A DNA stretch of 64,000 nucleotides from the human T2T-CHM13v2.0 reference genome, Homo sapiens: assembly GCF_009914755.1 (NCBI RefSeq), contig NC_060926.1, one strand, 5' to 3'. Shown here piece after piece: positions 14,694-27,876 of this stretch (its first letter is position 1; every line of letters starts with the position of its first letter). A model generated the notes under the pieces. That model saw nothing but the letters and a program-made list of their open reading frames with translations, made no database searches and was not told the DNA's origin. A program made the translations under genes and the position numbers.

Positions 14694-17641
14694 AAAAAAA
14701 AATCATTGCCCAGACCAATATTAAGAAGCTTTTTTCAAAAGTTTTCTTCTAGTAGTTTTGCAGCTAAAGATCTTATATTTAAGTCTTAAATCTATTTTGA
14801 GTTGATTTTTGTGTATGGTATGAAATAAGAGTTCGATTTCATTCTTTTAAGCTTTCCCAACACTCATTTGCCCACCACAGTTTATTGAGATAATCCTTTC
14901 CCCATGTGTGTTATTGGTATTTTTGCCAATGATCAGTGGACCACAAAAGCATGTGCTTATTTTTGAGTTCTCTAGTCTGTTCCATTGTTCTGTATGTCTG
15001 TTCATGCTGGTATCATACTATTTTAAATACTATAGCTTTATATTATATATTGAAATCAGGTTATGTGATACCTCCAACTTTGCTCTTTTTGCCGAAGATG
15101 ACTTTGGTGATTCTGTGTCTTTTCTGGTTCCATATGAATTTTAGAATTTTTTAAAAAGTTTTTTTGAAAAATGCTATTGGAATCTTGATAGAGATTACAT
15201 TGAATCTGTAAATTGCTTTGGGTAGTGAACATTTTAACAATATTAATTCTTTTGATCTGTGAACATAGGCTATCTTTCCATTTATCTGTGTCTTCTTCAA
15301 TTTATTTCATTAATGTTTTATAATTTTCAGTGTGTAGATATTTTACCTTCTTGGCTAAATTTATTCCTAAGTGAGTTTTTTTGGATGCTTTTTTAAATGG
15401 AATTGTTTTCTTTATTTTTTAAATAATTGCTGCTGTATAGCAATTGGTTTTGGTGTGTTAATTTTGTACCCTGTAACTTTACTAAATAGGTTTATTAGTT
15501 CTAACAGTATTTGGTAGGTATCTAAGGTTTTCATATATAAGATCATGTCATCTGTATGCAAAAACTATTTTACTTCTTCATTTCTGATGTGGATGCCCTT
15601 TATATTTTTCTCTTACCTCGCTCTGGCTAGGACTTCCAGTACTATTTTAATTAAAAGTGGTGAAAGTATATATCTTTTTCCTGTTCCCAGATCTTGCAGA
15701 AAACATTTTCAGCTTTTCACCAACGAGTATGATGTTAACTGTGGGCTTGTCCAATATGGCGTTTATTGTGTTGAGGTAGATTTCTTCTATATGCAGTTTG
15801 TTGAGAACTTTGTAATCATGAAAGGATGTCAAATGCTTTTTCTGCATCTATTGAGATAATCGTTTGTATTTTATCCTACATTCTGTTAACGAGGTGTATC
15901 ACATTTATTGATTTGCATATTTTGAAGCATCCTTAGATCTCAGGAATAAATCCTTCTTGACGATGGTTTATAATCCTTTTAATAAGCTGTTGAATTCAGT
16001 TTGCTAGTATTTTTTGAATATTTTTGTATCTAAGATTTTTGTACCCATGATATTCTTTTCTTTTAGGATCTCTGTCTGGCTTTGGTATCAGGATAATGCT
16101 TGCCTCATAAAATAAGCTTGGATATATTTCCCACTTTTTAAGTTTTTGAAAGAATTTAATATAGAATGGAATTAATTCTTTAAATGTTTGATAGAGTTTA
16201 CCAGTGAAGGCATCAGGTCTTGGGCTTTTTGAAAAAAAAGAAAAAAAGAAAAATGATTAACGACTCAATCTTCTTACTCATTATTGGTCTGTTCGGATTT
16301 TATGTTTCTTCATAATTCAGACTTGGTAGATTGTATGTTTCTAAGAATTTATCTATTTTTCTAGTTTTTCAAATCTGTTGAACTATTGATTTTCATAGTA
16401 GTCTCTCATGATCCCTTATATTCCTATAACATCAGTTGTCTATATTCCTATAACATCTTCTCTTTCATTTATAATTTAATTTACTTGAATATTTTCCCTT
16501 TTTTATTAGTGTAGCTAAAGTGTTGTCAATTTTGTTGATCTTTTCAAAAATTTAAATCTTAATTTTATGGGTCTTTTTTATTGTTGTCTCTATTATATTT
16601 ATTTCAGCTCTCATTTCTATTATTGCTTTCCTTCTGCTAAACTTGGGCCTATTTTCTTCTTTTTTTTCTCTTGTTCCTTTGGGTGTAAAGATAGGTTGTT
16701 TATTTGAGTTTTCTTTTTTTCTTAATGGAGGCATTTTTAAAAACTTTCCCCTAGAACTCTTGTGTCCCATAAGTTTTGTCATGTAGTGTTTCCTTTTTCA
16801 TTTGTCTCAACATGATATTTTTAAATTTTCTTTGATTTCTGTTTTGACCCATTGGTTTTTCAGATGTGGGTTGTTTATTTTCTACATATTTGTCAATTTT
16901 CCAATTTTCCTCCTGTCACTGATTTCTAGTTTTATACCGTTGTGGTCAGAAAAGATTTTTGGTATAATTTTAATCTTTTAAAATTTGCTGAGACTTGTTT
17001 TGCAGCCTAACATGTGATTTATCCTGGAGAATGTTCCATGTGGGCTTGAAAAAAAATGCACATTCTGCTGCTGTTGGATGGAATGTTCTATATATATCTG
17101 TTAGGTCTATTTGATCTATAGTGTTTTTTATGTCTGCTGTTTTCTGTCTGGGTAACCTACACATTGTAAAAAGTGGAGTACTGTGTTCCACTACTATTAT
17201 TACCTTGCTGTATATTTCTCCCTTCAGTTCTGCTAACATTTACATTTACTATATATATTATAGTTACTATATATATATAAAAATATATATAAGCATATAT
17301 ATATAAAGTGCTTTGATGTTGGGTACATATGTACCTTAAATTGTTATACCTTCTTGATGAATTGACCCTGATATAATCATATTTTTTGACTTTTTGGATA
17401 GTTTTTGACTTAAAGTCTATTTTGTCTGCTGTAAGTATAGCCACCCATGCTCTCTTTTGGTTACCATTTGCATGAAATAGCTTTTATAACGCCTTCATTT
17501 TCAGCCTGTGTTTATCCTTTAAGCTAAAGTGATTCATAGGGAGCATATTGTTGGATCATGGTTTTTATCTATCCAGCCACTTCATGTTTTTTTATTGGAG
17601 AATTTAGCACATTTACATTTAAAGCACTTATTAATAGGTGA

Positions 17642-17980
<339 letters not shown>

Positions 17981-20059
17981 TGTTGATTGTTTTCTTACTG
18001 TTTTTCAGTTCCTTTGTTTCTTTCGTCCTCTCTTGCTGTCTTCCTTTGTAATTTGGTAATTTTTTTTGTAGAGGTAGAATTTAGTTTCATTCTCTTTATC
18101 GTTTGTGTACCTACTACAGTTTTTTTTCTTTGTAGTTACCAGGAGGCTAACATAAAATAACTTATATTCATAATATTCTATTTTAAGTTGACAACCTTTC
18201 ACCATGAATAAAATCTCTAAGCTTTAATTTCTTCTCCTCTCATATTTTATGTTTTTGATGTCACAGTTTATATATTTATATAATGTGTATCCATTAACAA
18301 GCTACTATAATTATTTTTAATACCTTTATGTTAGTCTTTTAACTTTTATACTAGAGTTAAAACTTATTTACAAAACTTCATTACAGTATTAGAATATTCT
18401 AATTTTGACAATGTACTTATTTTGACCAGTGAGTTTTATATTTACATATGTCTTCATATTACTAATTAGTGTTTTTTTGTTTCAGCTTGAAGAACTCCCT
18501 TGAGTATTTCTTGCAATGCAGGTATAGTGTTGATGAACTCCCTCAGTTTTTGTTTGGAAATGTCTTTATCTCTCCTCCATTTTTTGAAGGAAAGTCTCTC
18601 TGCATAGTATTCTTGGTTGTTAGATTTTTTTTTTCTTTTAGAACTTTAAATATATTATTCCACTCTCCCCTGGCCTGCAAAGTTTCTTCTTAGAAATCCA
18701 CTGATAATATTTTAGAAGTTTCTCTGTACGTGATAAGCCACTTTTCTCTTGCTGCTTTCAAAATTTTCTCTTTATCTTTGACTTTTGAGAATTTGATTAT
18801 AATATGTCTTTGGAAAGATTTCTTTGGTACTCTTTGGGATTCATCATTCTAGATGTTCATTTTCCTCTCCAGATTTAGGAAGTTTAGTAATTATGTTTTT
18901 AAATAAGTTTTTTCCCTTTTTCTCTTTCCCTTCTCCTCTTAGGATTCTCATAATGTGTATATTGGTTTACTTAATGATCTCTCAAAGTCCTATAAACAAC
19001 TTTTTACTCTTTTTTACTCTTTTTCCTTTCCATTCCTTTGATTGGGTAATTTCAGATGACCTCTCCATCTTTAAGCTCACTGATTCTTTCTTCTGCTTGA
19101 TTGAATCTCCTGTTAAAGTTCTCTATGGAAATGTTTAGTTCAGTCATTGTGTTCTTTGTGCCATAATTTCTGTTTGGTTCTTTCTTTAATGATGTCTATC
19201 TGTTTGTCCAACTTCTAATTTTGTTCATTTATTGTTTTCCTGATTTCATTTAATTGTTCATCTTTGCTCTCTTGAAGCTCACTGCACTACTTACAATGAT
19301 TATTTTGAGTACTTTTCAGTCAGTTCATAGATATCCATTGGTTTAGAGTTGGTCATTGGTGCATTATGTTGTTCCTTAGGAGGTTTCATGTTTTCCTGAC
19401 TGTGATTCTTTTCATCTTGCATTAGTATCTGTGCATTCAAAGATGTAGGCACCTCTTCTAATCTTTGCACACTGGCTTTGACTTGGAAAGGCCTTCACCC
19501 ATCAGCCTGTTTAAAAATTTTGGTGGGCCAGCTCGTGGGGTCCATGAGGTGAGATTGCTGCTAGAAAGTGTTTGGGCTGGACGGCCTGGTGTCTAGGTCA
19601 GAAGTTGGGTGGCCATGGTGCCTGGTACTACAGGACCTTCCCTAGTGCCTGGGTCTGCAATTATGGGCCTGGAAACTGGATCCACTAGTGAAGGCCTAGG
19701 TACTGGGATTGTAGGAACAGACCTATGTCCTAGGTCTGCAGAAGCAAACCTGGACTGTTGTGCTGCCAGGAACAGTCTGACATTGGAGTAGACATGCATT
19801 CTGAGACTATGGATGCTGGCCTAACTTTCTTCAGTGTCAAGTTTTTTTTTTTTCTCTTTCCAAGATTGGCCTATGTAAGTATTTATTTTATAAAAGGTAG
19901 TATTCTAATGAGTTATTAATCCATTGTTTTCAGAAATGAAGAAAACAGTAATAAAGGGCACATTGTGTTTTAAAAACATCTATTAAAAAATTATATGCCC
20001 AGCTGAAACTAACTTTTATATCAAATTGTCTATCTCATTTCTTATCCTACCATGAACCA

Positions 20060-20252
20060 TAATTTTTTAAAGAGATGAATTCCGATAACATAAAATTAAT
20101 CATTTAACAATGTATATCTCAGTGGCATTTAGTACATTCATAATGTGATGCAACCACTACTTTCATCTAGCTCAAAAATAAAACCTTATATCTATTAAGC
20201 AGTCACTCCCAACTCCTCCCTAACCTCAGGCCATAGAAACAACTAATCTGCA

Positions 20253-20322
<70 letters not shown>

Positions 20323-21020
20323 GCACACATATATGTGTGCAAAACCACAATTCTGTAACAAAAGATATAGATATACATATATATGGATATATCTACATAT
20401 ATATCTATATATATGCACCTATATACTCTATAACAAAAGATATAGATATACATATATATAGATATATACATCTACATATATATATACACCTATATATATA
20501 TACCTATATATGTAGATATATATACCTATATATGTATATCTATATCTTTTTGTTACTTGTGGTTTTGGTGTAATATCTAACAATCCATGGCCTAATCCAC
20601 AACCATGAAGATTAACTCCTATATTTTCATGTAAGAATTGTATAGTTTTTGCTTTAATATTTAGATAATTAACCCATTTTGAGTTAAGTTTGTACAGAGT
20701 GTAAAAAAAGGGTCCAACTTCATTCTTTTGGATGTAGATATCCAGTGGTCCCAGCACCTTACGCGGAAGAGAATATTCTTTCCCAATTGAATGGTCTTGA
20801 CACCCTTATTATAAACCAATTGGCCATAGATGTATATGTTAATTTTTTGGAATCTCAATTCTATTCCATTGATCTGTATTTCTATACTTACCATGTACTT
20901 TTGATTACAGCAGTTTTGTATTAAGTTTTGAAATTGAGAAATATTAAATCCTTTAATTTTACTCATTTTCAAGATTGTTTTGGCCATTTGAAAACACTTG
21001 CAATTCCCTATGAATTTGAG
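20060..21020 (-). mobile_element. L1MB-like 3' fragment with an internal deletion filled by TA-rich repeats
   Basis: 'cagtggcatttagtacattcataatgtgatgcaaccac...aagcagtcactccc' (L1MB 3' UTR); ORF2 remnants at 20560-21020 (GQLVYNKGVKTIQLGK; LDIYIQKNEVGPFF). Confidence 0.8.
20254..20319. repeat. Compound (TA)n(CA)n microsatellite
   Basis: Directly visible. Confidence 0.97.
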
Positions 21021-21024
21021 GGTG

Positions 21025-21780
21025 TTTCACTTTCTGGACACACTGTGGTGGTGGCTCTGTCTACACGTCTCTGGTTACCCCTGCCCCTGCAGCAGTTCTA
21101 TGCCTGGGTCATGTGATTGTGTCTCCCTTGGGCTGGAATCACATGCCATGTCCCTGCCAGTATGAGTCACAAAGGTAGTTATGTTTCCATGATTTTGTTG
21201 GATAGTGCCTTAACTGGGGGTCTCTGCAATGGCTCCATGCTGACTGAGGTTTTATCACTCTGGGTTTGTAATAAGAAGCACAGTCCTTCTGATTTCTGAA
21301 TTACCTTCAGAGGCATTTTTTCTATTCTCATAGAAAATGAATCCTGGCTTCTACTTAGATGGTTAACTAATCTTATTATGAGATAGTCATTTGGTCACAC
21401 TCTTGGTCTTTTCCACTGAACACACTTTCTTATTCTTTACAATATGGATAGGCTAAGAATTTTCCACATCTTCAAGTTCTGCATCCTTTTGATTAAAAAT
21501 TCCATTTTTAAGTGATTTCTGTCTTCTCACATCTTACTATGAGCAATCAAGGGAAACCAGACCACATCTTGACACTTTGCTTAGCTATTTCCTCATACAA
21601 ATATCCAATTTCATCACTCACAAGTTCTGCTTTACACAAAACACCAGGGAATAAACTCAATTAAGCCAAGTTGTTTGCCACTTTGAAACAAATATGACCT
21701 TTCCTCCATTGTTCAATAACATGTTTCTCGTTTGTCTCTGAGACATCATCACAATTGCCTTTATCATCCATGTTTTAACC
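21025..21780 (-). mobile_element. MaLR internal (MLT1A/MST-int-like) fragment without LTRs
   Basis: Colinear similarity with the MST internal region at ~26980-28590 in this window (e.g. 'aaattccatttttaag' vs 'aaattccatctttaaa'; 'tttcatcactcacaagttctgc' vs 'ttcatcactcttaaaatctgc'). Confidence 0.7.
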
Positions 21781-21976
21781 TAAATTTTGCTTCAAGTTAT
21801 TTCACCAAGACGCATGAAAGCACATGCCCACACTAATGCTGATGATGATGGCCATATTCATATTGACCCCCCAAAATTCAAGACGTTCATCAACAAGATC
21901 TGAGTGCTACTCAGTAATGAAAAAATAGCAATATATTAATACATGAAGCAATATGGATGGATCTCAAAAATATAAC

Positions 21977-24750
21977 CCTTCTACCTTAAATCAGGAAGAA
22001 TTAGATACCCTGAACAGACCAATAACTCGCAGTAAGATTGAAATGGTAATTAAAAAAATTACCAACAAATGAAAGTCCAGGATGAGACAAATTCACAGCA
22101 GAATTCTACCAGACATTCAAAGAAGAATTGATACCAATACTTTTGACACTATTACACAAGATAGAGAAAGAAGGAACCCTACCTAATTCATTTTATGAAG
22201 CTAGCATCACCCTAATACCAAAACCAGGAAAGGACATAAACAAAAAAGAAAATGACAGACCAATATCCTTGATGAAAATTGATGCTAAATTCCTTAACAA
22301 AATACTAGCTAACTGAATCCAACAACTTATCAAAAAGATAATCTGCCATGGTCAAGTGGGTTTCATACAAGAGATGCAGGGATGGTTTAACATAGGCAAG
22401 TCAATAAATGTGATACACCACATATAAAGAGAATTAAAAACAAAAATCACACGATCATCTCTATAGGTGCATGAAAAGCATTTGACAAAATTCAGCATCA
22501 CCTTATGAGTAAGACTCTCAGCAAAATCAGCATACAAGGAACATACGTTAATGCAATAAAAATCATCTATGACAAACCCACAGCCAACATAATACTGAAT
22601 AGGGAAAAGTTAAAAGCATTCCCTCTGAGAACTGGAACAAGATAAGGATGCCCACTCTCATCACTCCTCTTCCACATAGTACTGGAAGTCCTTGCCAGAG
22701 CAGTCAGACAAGAGAAAGAAATGAAGGACATCCAAATCAGTACAGAGGAAATCAAACTGTCACTGTTTGCTGACAAAATGATTATTTACCTTGAAAACAC
22801 TAAGTACTCCTCCAGAAAGCTCCTAGAACTGAAAAAAGAATTCACCAAAGTTTCTGGATACAAGATTAATGTACACAAATCAGTAGCTCTTCTATACACC
22901 AACAGCGACCAGGCAGAGAACCAAATCAAGAACTCAACAACTTTTACAATAGCTGCAAAAAAAAAAAAAAAAAAAAAAGAAAACAAGAAAAAACTTAGGA
23001 ACATACTAACCAAGGAGTTGAAAGACCTCTTCAAGAGAAACTACAAAACACTGCTGAAAGCAATGATAGACCACACAAGCAAATGGAAACACACCCCATG
23101 CTCATGGATGGGTAGATACAATATTGTGAAAATGACTATACTCCCAAAAGCAATCTACAAATTCAATGCAATCACCATCAAAATACCGCCAACATTCTTC
23201 ATGGAATTAGAAAAAAACAATTTTAAAATTCATATGAAACCAAAAAAGAGCCTGCATAGTCAAAGCAAGACTAAGCAAAAAGAACAAATCTGGAGGCATC
23301 ACACTACCTGATTTCAAACTATACTATAAAGCCATAGTCACCAAAACATTGTGGTACTGGTATAAAAACTGGCACATAGGCCAATGGAAGAGAATACAGA
23401 ACCCGGAAATAAACCCAAATACTCACAGCCATTTGATCTTCAACAAAGGAAACAAAAATATAAAGTGGATAAAGGACACTCTTTTCAGCAAACAGTGCTG
23501 GGGTAATTGGCTAGCCACATGTAGGAGGATGAAACTGGATTCTCATCTCTCACCTTATACAAAAATCAACTCAAGATTGATTAAGGACTTAATCCTGAGA
23601 CATGAAACTATAAACATTCTAGAAGATAACATTGGAAAACCCTTTTGCAATGGCTTAGGCAAAGATTTCATGACCAAGAACCCAAAAGTGAATGCAATAA
23701 AAACAAAGATAAATAGCTGGGACTTAATTAAACTAAAGAGCTTTTGCATGGCAAAAGGAACAGTCAGCAGAGTAAAGAGACAACCCACAGAGTGGGAGAA
23801 AATCATCACAGTCTATACCTCTGACAAAGGACTAACATCCAGAATCTACAACAAACTCAAACAAATCAGTAAGGAAAAAACAATCCCATCAAAAAGTGGG
23901 TTAAGGACATGAATAGACAATTCTCAAAAGAAGATATACAAATGGCCAACAAACATATGAAAAAATGCTCAACATCACTAATCATCAGGGAAATGCAAAT
24001 CAAAGCCACAATGCAATACCACTTTATCCCCGCAAGAATGGCCATAATAAAAAAATCATAAAAACAGTGGATGTTGGCATGGATGCAGTGAACAGGGAAC
24101 ACTTCTACAGTGCTGGTGGGAATGTAAACTAGTTCAGCCACTATGGAAAACAGTGTGGAAATTCCTTAAAGAACTAAAAGTAGAACTATTATTTGATCCA
24201 GCAATCCCACTACTGGGTATTTACTCAGAGGAAAAGAAGTCATTATTTGAAAAAGATATTTGCACATGCATGTTTATAGTGGCACAATTCAACATAGTGA
24301 AATCATGGAATCATGGAACCAACCCAAATGCCCATGAATCAACAAGTGGATAGAGAAACTGTGTTTTATATATACATATGATAGAATACTATGCAGCCAT
24401 AAAAAGGAATGAATTAGCAGCATTTGCAGTGACCTGGATGAGAATGGAGACTATTGTTCTAAGTGAAGTAAGTCAGGAATGGAAAACCAAACATGGTATG
24501 TCCTCACTGATATGTGGGAGCTAAGCTATGAGGACACAAAGGCATAAGAATGATAGAATAGATTTTGGGGACATGGGGGGAAGAGGGGGAGGGTGGCAAG
24601 GGATAAAAGACTACAAATATGGTGCAGTGTATACTGGTTGGGCGATGGATGCACCAAAATCTCACAAATCACCACCAAAGAGCTTACTTATGTAACCAAA
24701 TTCCACCTGTACCCCAATAACTTATGGAAAAATAGAAAATAAAAAAAAAT
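21977..24750 (+). mobile_element. 5'-truncated L1PB1-like (ORF2 RT/C-terminal part and 3' UTR)
   Basis: ORF2 remnants 22128-22316, 22721-23311 ([14 protein letters not shown], from the FADD motif) and 23349-23912; L1PB1-type 3' UTR 'gggagctaagctatgaggacacaaaggcataagaatgata...ccacctgtaccccaataacttatggaaaaat' plus A-tail. Confidence 0.9.
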
Positions 24751-25249
24751 TGCAAATTTGAAGAAGTCAAACTAAGAATACTATTGTAGTAGTCTGTTTT
24801 TGGTTGCTGTAAGAGAATACTATAGACTGGGTAATTTATAATGAACAGAAATTTATTAGCTCACAATTCTGGAGACAGAAAAGTCCAACATTATGGTGCC
24901 AGCCTTTTATGAGAGCTTTCTTGCTGAGTCATAACATGGCAAAAGGTGGAAGGGCAAAGAGAAAGTAAAAGAGCAGGCTGAGCCTGCCCTTTTATAATGG
25001 CATAATTTTACTCATGAGGATGGAGCCCTCATAGCCTAATCACCTCTTAAAATGGTCCACTTCTTAAAACTATTATAATGGTAATTAAGTTTCAACATGA
25101 GTTTTGGTGGGGACAAACATTCAAACCAGACTATTTAACCCCAAGTTGCCACAAATTCCTATCCTTCTTACATACAAAATACCCTAATTCCATCTCCATA
25201 AACCTGAAAGTTTTAACTCATTCCAGTATTAACTCAAAAGTTTAGGTCC

Positions 25250-26706
25250 TGATATGGTTTGGCTGTGTCCTCACCCAAATCTCATCTTGAATTGTAGTTC
25301 CCATAATTCCCACATTTTGTAGAAGGGACCCTGTGGGAAATAATTGAATCATGGGGGTGGTTCCCCTCTACTGTTATCATGGTAGTGAATAAATCTCATG
25401 AGAACTGATGGTTTTATAAGGGGTCTCCCCTTTTGCTTGGCTCTCATTCTCTCTTGCCTGCCTCCATGTAAGACGTACATTTTGCCTGCTGCAATGATTG
25501 TTAGGCCCCCCAGCCACATGGAATGTGAGTCAATTAAACCTCTTTTTCTTTATAAATTACCCTGTCTTGGGTAGGTCTTTATCAGCAGCATGAAAACTGA
25601 CTAATACAGTAAACGGGTAATGGTAGAGTGGAGCGCTGTTGTAAAGACACCCAAAAATGTGGAAGTGACTTTGGAACTGGGTAACAGGCAGAGGTTGGAA
25701 TAGTTTGGAGGGCTCAGAAGAAGATAGGAACATGTGGGAAAGTTTGGAAGTTTCTAGAGATCTGTTGAATGGCTTTGACCAAAATGCTGATAGTGATATG
25801 GACAATAAGGTCCAGTCTGAGGTGGTCTCAGATGGAGATGATGAACTGGTTGGGAACTGGAGACTTGTGGCATTTTGCCCCTGCCCTAGAGATCTGTGGG
25901 ACTTGAGAGAGATAGTTTAGGGTATCTGATGGAAGAAATTTCTAAGCAGCAAAGTGTTCAAGAGGAAGCAGGGCATAAAAGCTTGGAAAATTTGCAGGCT
26001 GACAATGCAAGAGAAAAGAAAAACCCATTTTCTGGAGAGAAATTCAAATCTGCTGCAGAAATTTGCATAAGTAACAAGGAGCCAAATATTAATCACCAAG
26101 ACAATGGGGAAAATGTCTCCAGGGCATGTCAGAGACCTTCCCGGCAGCCCCTCCCATCACAGGCCCAGAGGCCCAGGAGGAAAAATATGGTTTTGTGGGG
26201 CGGGCCCAGGCCTCTGCTTCTGTATGCAGCCTAGGGACTAGGTGGCATGTGTCCCAGCTGCTCCAGCCATGGCTAAAAGGGGCCAAGGTACAGCTCAGAC
26301 CATGGCTTCAGAGGGTGCAAGCCCCAAACCCTGGCAGCTTCTATGTGGTGTTGGACCTGCAGGCGCAGAGAAGTCAACAATTGAGGTTTAGGAACTTCAG
26401 TTCTTCTGCCTAGACATCCAGGGGTTTCCAAACCTGAGATTGAATCATAGGAGTGGTTCCCCCATACTATTCTCATGGTAGTGAGTAAGTTTCACAAGAA
26501 CTGGTAGTTTTATAAGGGTTTTTGCCTCTTGCTTGGCTCTCATTCTCTCTTGCCTGCTTCCATATAAGACATGCCATTCCCCTTTCTGCCATGATTGTGA
26601 GACCTCCCAGCCACATGGAACTGTGAGTTTATTAAACTTCTTTTCCTTTATAAATTACCCAGTCTCAGGTATGTGTTTATCAGCAGCATGAAAATGGACT
26701 AATCCA
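25250..26706 (+). mobile_element. THE1 (THE1C-like) element: 5' LTR 25250-25608, internal region to ~26397, partial 3' LTR 26439-26706
   Basis: LTR starts tgatatggtttggctgtgtcc and ends actaataca; THE1-int text 'gaggtggtctcagatggagatg'; the second LTR lacks its first ~90 bp. Confidence 0.92.
25341..25351 (+). promoter_or_regulatory. DUX4-type double-homeobox motif TAATTGAATCA in the THE1 5' LTR
   Basis: Exact match to TAAYBBAATCA; DUX4 binding to THE1/MaLR LTRs is established. Activity at this copy is not shown. Confidence 0.5.
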
Positions 26707-27876
26707 AATTCAAAGTCTCAACTCAATGAGATATGAATGAGACTCAAAGTACAATTCACTCTGAGGAAAATTCCCCTCCAACTGTGAGTCTATGAAATCA
26801 AACAAGTTATTCATTTCCAAAATACAATGGTGGGAGAGGCTTAGGATAGACTTTCTTGTTCCAAAAGAAAGAAACAGGTAAGAAAAAAGGGTAACTGGTC
26901 CCAAATAAGTACAAAGCCCAACAGAATGAACAACGTCAAACCTTAAGGCTCCAGAGTAAACCTTTGTTGATTCCAGGTCTTGCCTCCTGGACACACTGGG
27001 GTAGAAGTTGGGACCCCAAGGCCTCAGACAGCCACACCTCTATGGCTTGCTGGCTCAGTCCACATAGTAGCTCTTATGTCTGGGGTTTCATGCCTGAAGC
27101 TCTTCCAGTCTGGTGTGGCACACTGGCCGTTCTATAGTTCTGGTGTCTCTGGGGCAGTCCCACCCAACAGCCCTACTAGGTATTACCCTAGTGGAGATTC
27201 TCTGGTGATCCCAACCCCACAGTTCTGCTGGGCATTACCCAAGTGGAGGCTGTTTGCACTGACCCTCCCACCTTCATGGTCTCATTAGGCATTGCCCTAG
27301 TGAGAATGCTTTGTGGCAGCTCTATAGTTGCAGCATGTCTCTACAATATCCTTTGAAATATGGGTAGAGGCAGCCATGTCTCCACAGCTTATGCACTCTC
27401 TGTGCTTGCAGAATTAGCATCATGTGAACACCACCAAGTCTCATCACTTGCATCTTTTGGAGAAGCAGCTAGAGCCACACCTGGGCCACTTTGAGCCACA
27501 ACTGGTGCAGCCAAAGAGTTCTGTGCTGGAACGTGGGGAACAAACACTTGAGGTGTGCATGGGAACAAATATTGTGGTCATGCAGGTGCCCTGGTTCTCT
27601 CTCTCTCTCTCCTCTCAACTTTTCTGCCTTCAAGGATGCAGCATTCTGGGCCTCTGCTGGGAAGCATAACCTCTAAGATCTCTGCAATACCTTCAATGTT
27701 GCTCAGCCATTGTCTTTTTAAATTGAATTGGAAAAGCTAATTCTCCCATTGTCTTGATGAATAGCACCTGGCTTCCCTCAGTCCATACTAATCTCCTTAT
27801 CAAACATTCACTTAGTCAAACCTTGATTTTCTCTCCTAAATACATGCTTTCTCATGCTTTTCATGGCTAGGTGGGT

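Noticed and set aside
16417-16457. 17-bp direct repeat tatattcctataacatc with a 7-bp spacer
   Set aside because: Small local slippage duplication inside a decayed L1; only two copies.
22128-23912. Reverse-transcriptase-like ORFs as a functional or domesticated RT gene
   Set aside because: Fragmented L1 ORF2 with stops and frameshifts, and the catalytic FADD is mutated to FADK. All other L1 copies here are similarly broken.
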